Made by a program: the position numbers and the translations under genes
Notes under the pieces: generated by a model
The model's input: the letters and a program-made list of their open reading frames with translations, nothing else
The model's database searches: none
What the model was told of the DNA's origin: nothing
In this document: positions 63,321 to 64,000 of the stretch, piece after piece
Layout: every line of letters starts with the position of its first letter
Position numbering within the stretch: the first letter of the stretch is position 1
Virus record (IMG/VR): IMGVR_UViG_3300032282_006516
Location: 57,429-121,428 of that record
Direction: 5' to 3' (one strand)
Origin: a virus
Length of the DNA: 64,000 nucleotides

Positions 63321-64000
63321 TCAGTTCTTAGGCAAGAGGGGCTCAGTGAGATCCGGAACAGAAATGTGCGTAAGCGTGTAGGTCGTCAGGTAATCCGTCA
63401 TAAGGCCGACACCTGAGTAGAGACAGGTAAAGGTGCAAATCAACGTGTTCCCAATCCCTTGCGGGACTGCAGGGTCCCCAAGCACCGCAATGCGGAACAC
63501 CGTACCACCAATGGTCTCTGTGCGGCTGGATACCGTCACAACATCTGCCACGGAAATCGGCTGTGTGACTTCACAGAGCAGCAGGGTAAACTGCTGCCCA
63601 ACCTCGGCCTTTCTCGGAAGTTTGACCCGTGTCAGACCAATCAAACCGCCGCCGCCGTCGTACGCCTTAACCATACACGCGCCATAGCGCGGGCGAGAGT
63701 TAAGAATTGAGTCTCCATCCTGCTCCGTGCTGAAGTCGGCGGTGACGAAAATTTCAGGACCACCCAGCCCGTTTGCGGTGATGGTTTGAACACTCGGGAG
63801 CGACGTCAAGACGCTACCGGTTATGTGACCATCGCCGTAAATGAACCCAGAGTTAGCGACCGCACCACTTCCCTTGTGGGAGAAATTGATGCTGGTAACT
63901 TCCAGGCTGTTTGTCGCGGTCGGAGCGGCCCCTGTCGGGAATGTGAAAGACGTAGCGCCGACCGTAGGCGCATCAACTTTCAATGCTGTGACGTCGTTTG
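63321..64000 (-). CDS. Partial gene (C-terminus), fibre/structural protein candidate
   Basis: Open from the window edge to TAA at 63321; T/S/G-rich beta composition. Confidence 0.55.
   Translation of the reverse strand, partial: NDVTALKVDAPTVGATSFTFPTGAAPTATNSLEVTSINFSHKGSGAVANSGFIYGDGHITGSVLTSLPSVQTITANGLGGPEIFVTADFSTEQDGDSILNSRPRYGACMVKAYDGGGGLIGLTRVKLPRKAEVGQQFTLLLCEVTQPISVADVVTVSSRTETIGGTVFRIAVLGDPAVPQGIGNTLICTFTCLYSGVGLMTDYLTTYTLTHISVPDLTEPLLPKN

Noticed and set aside
1-64000. tRNA, rRNA, IS elements, introns/inteins
   Set aside because: None recognised by eye; intergenic gaps are mostly too short and the polymerase, terminase and RNAP ORFs show no obvious intein-sized insertions. A tRNAscan/Infernal run would be needed to exclude small RNAs.

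Overview
The window is a 64 kb segment of a large, GC-rich tailed dsDNA phage (Caudoviricetes, probably contractile-tailed); it does not look like a cellular chromosome. The minus strand carries late/structural genes: major capsid protein, decoration and scaffold-like proteins, a prohead protease, terminase large subunit, portal, baseplate spike, tail-fibre genes and a lysis-like cassette. It also carries a single 2144-aa gene fusing RNA polymerase beta and beta' homologues. The plus strand carries short early-type cassettes (HTH protein, MoxR AAA+/vWA-metallopeptidase pair, small hypotheticals) and a replication/recombination operon (SF2 helicase, family-4 UDG, DnaB-like helicase, primase, SSB-like protein, family A polymerase, HU-like, RecA-like, Cas4-like, UvsY-like, RusA-like). 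thyX lies on the minus strand inside the lysis region. Four patterns read from the sequence stand out: (1) a K-x-A(S/A) motif repeated dozens of times in head-associated proteins, many with glycine-zipper helices, next to the prohead protease, suggesting large-scale proteolytic processing of capsid cargo; (2) a bipartite (C)AA-N19-ATAAG element upstream of seven non-structural transcription units, a candidate promoter for the fused RNAP; (3) four terminator hairpins sharing a TTAGCCTCT tail; (4) a G-GGA-AAA -1 frameshift site that explains an otherwise start-less ORF. All calls come from motif recognition by eye; no searches were run.
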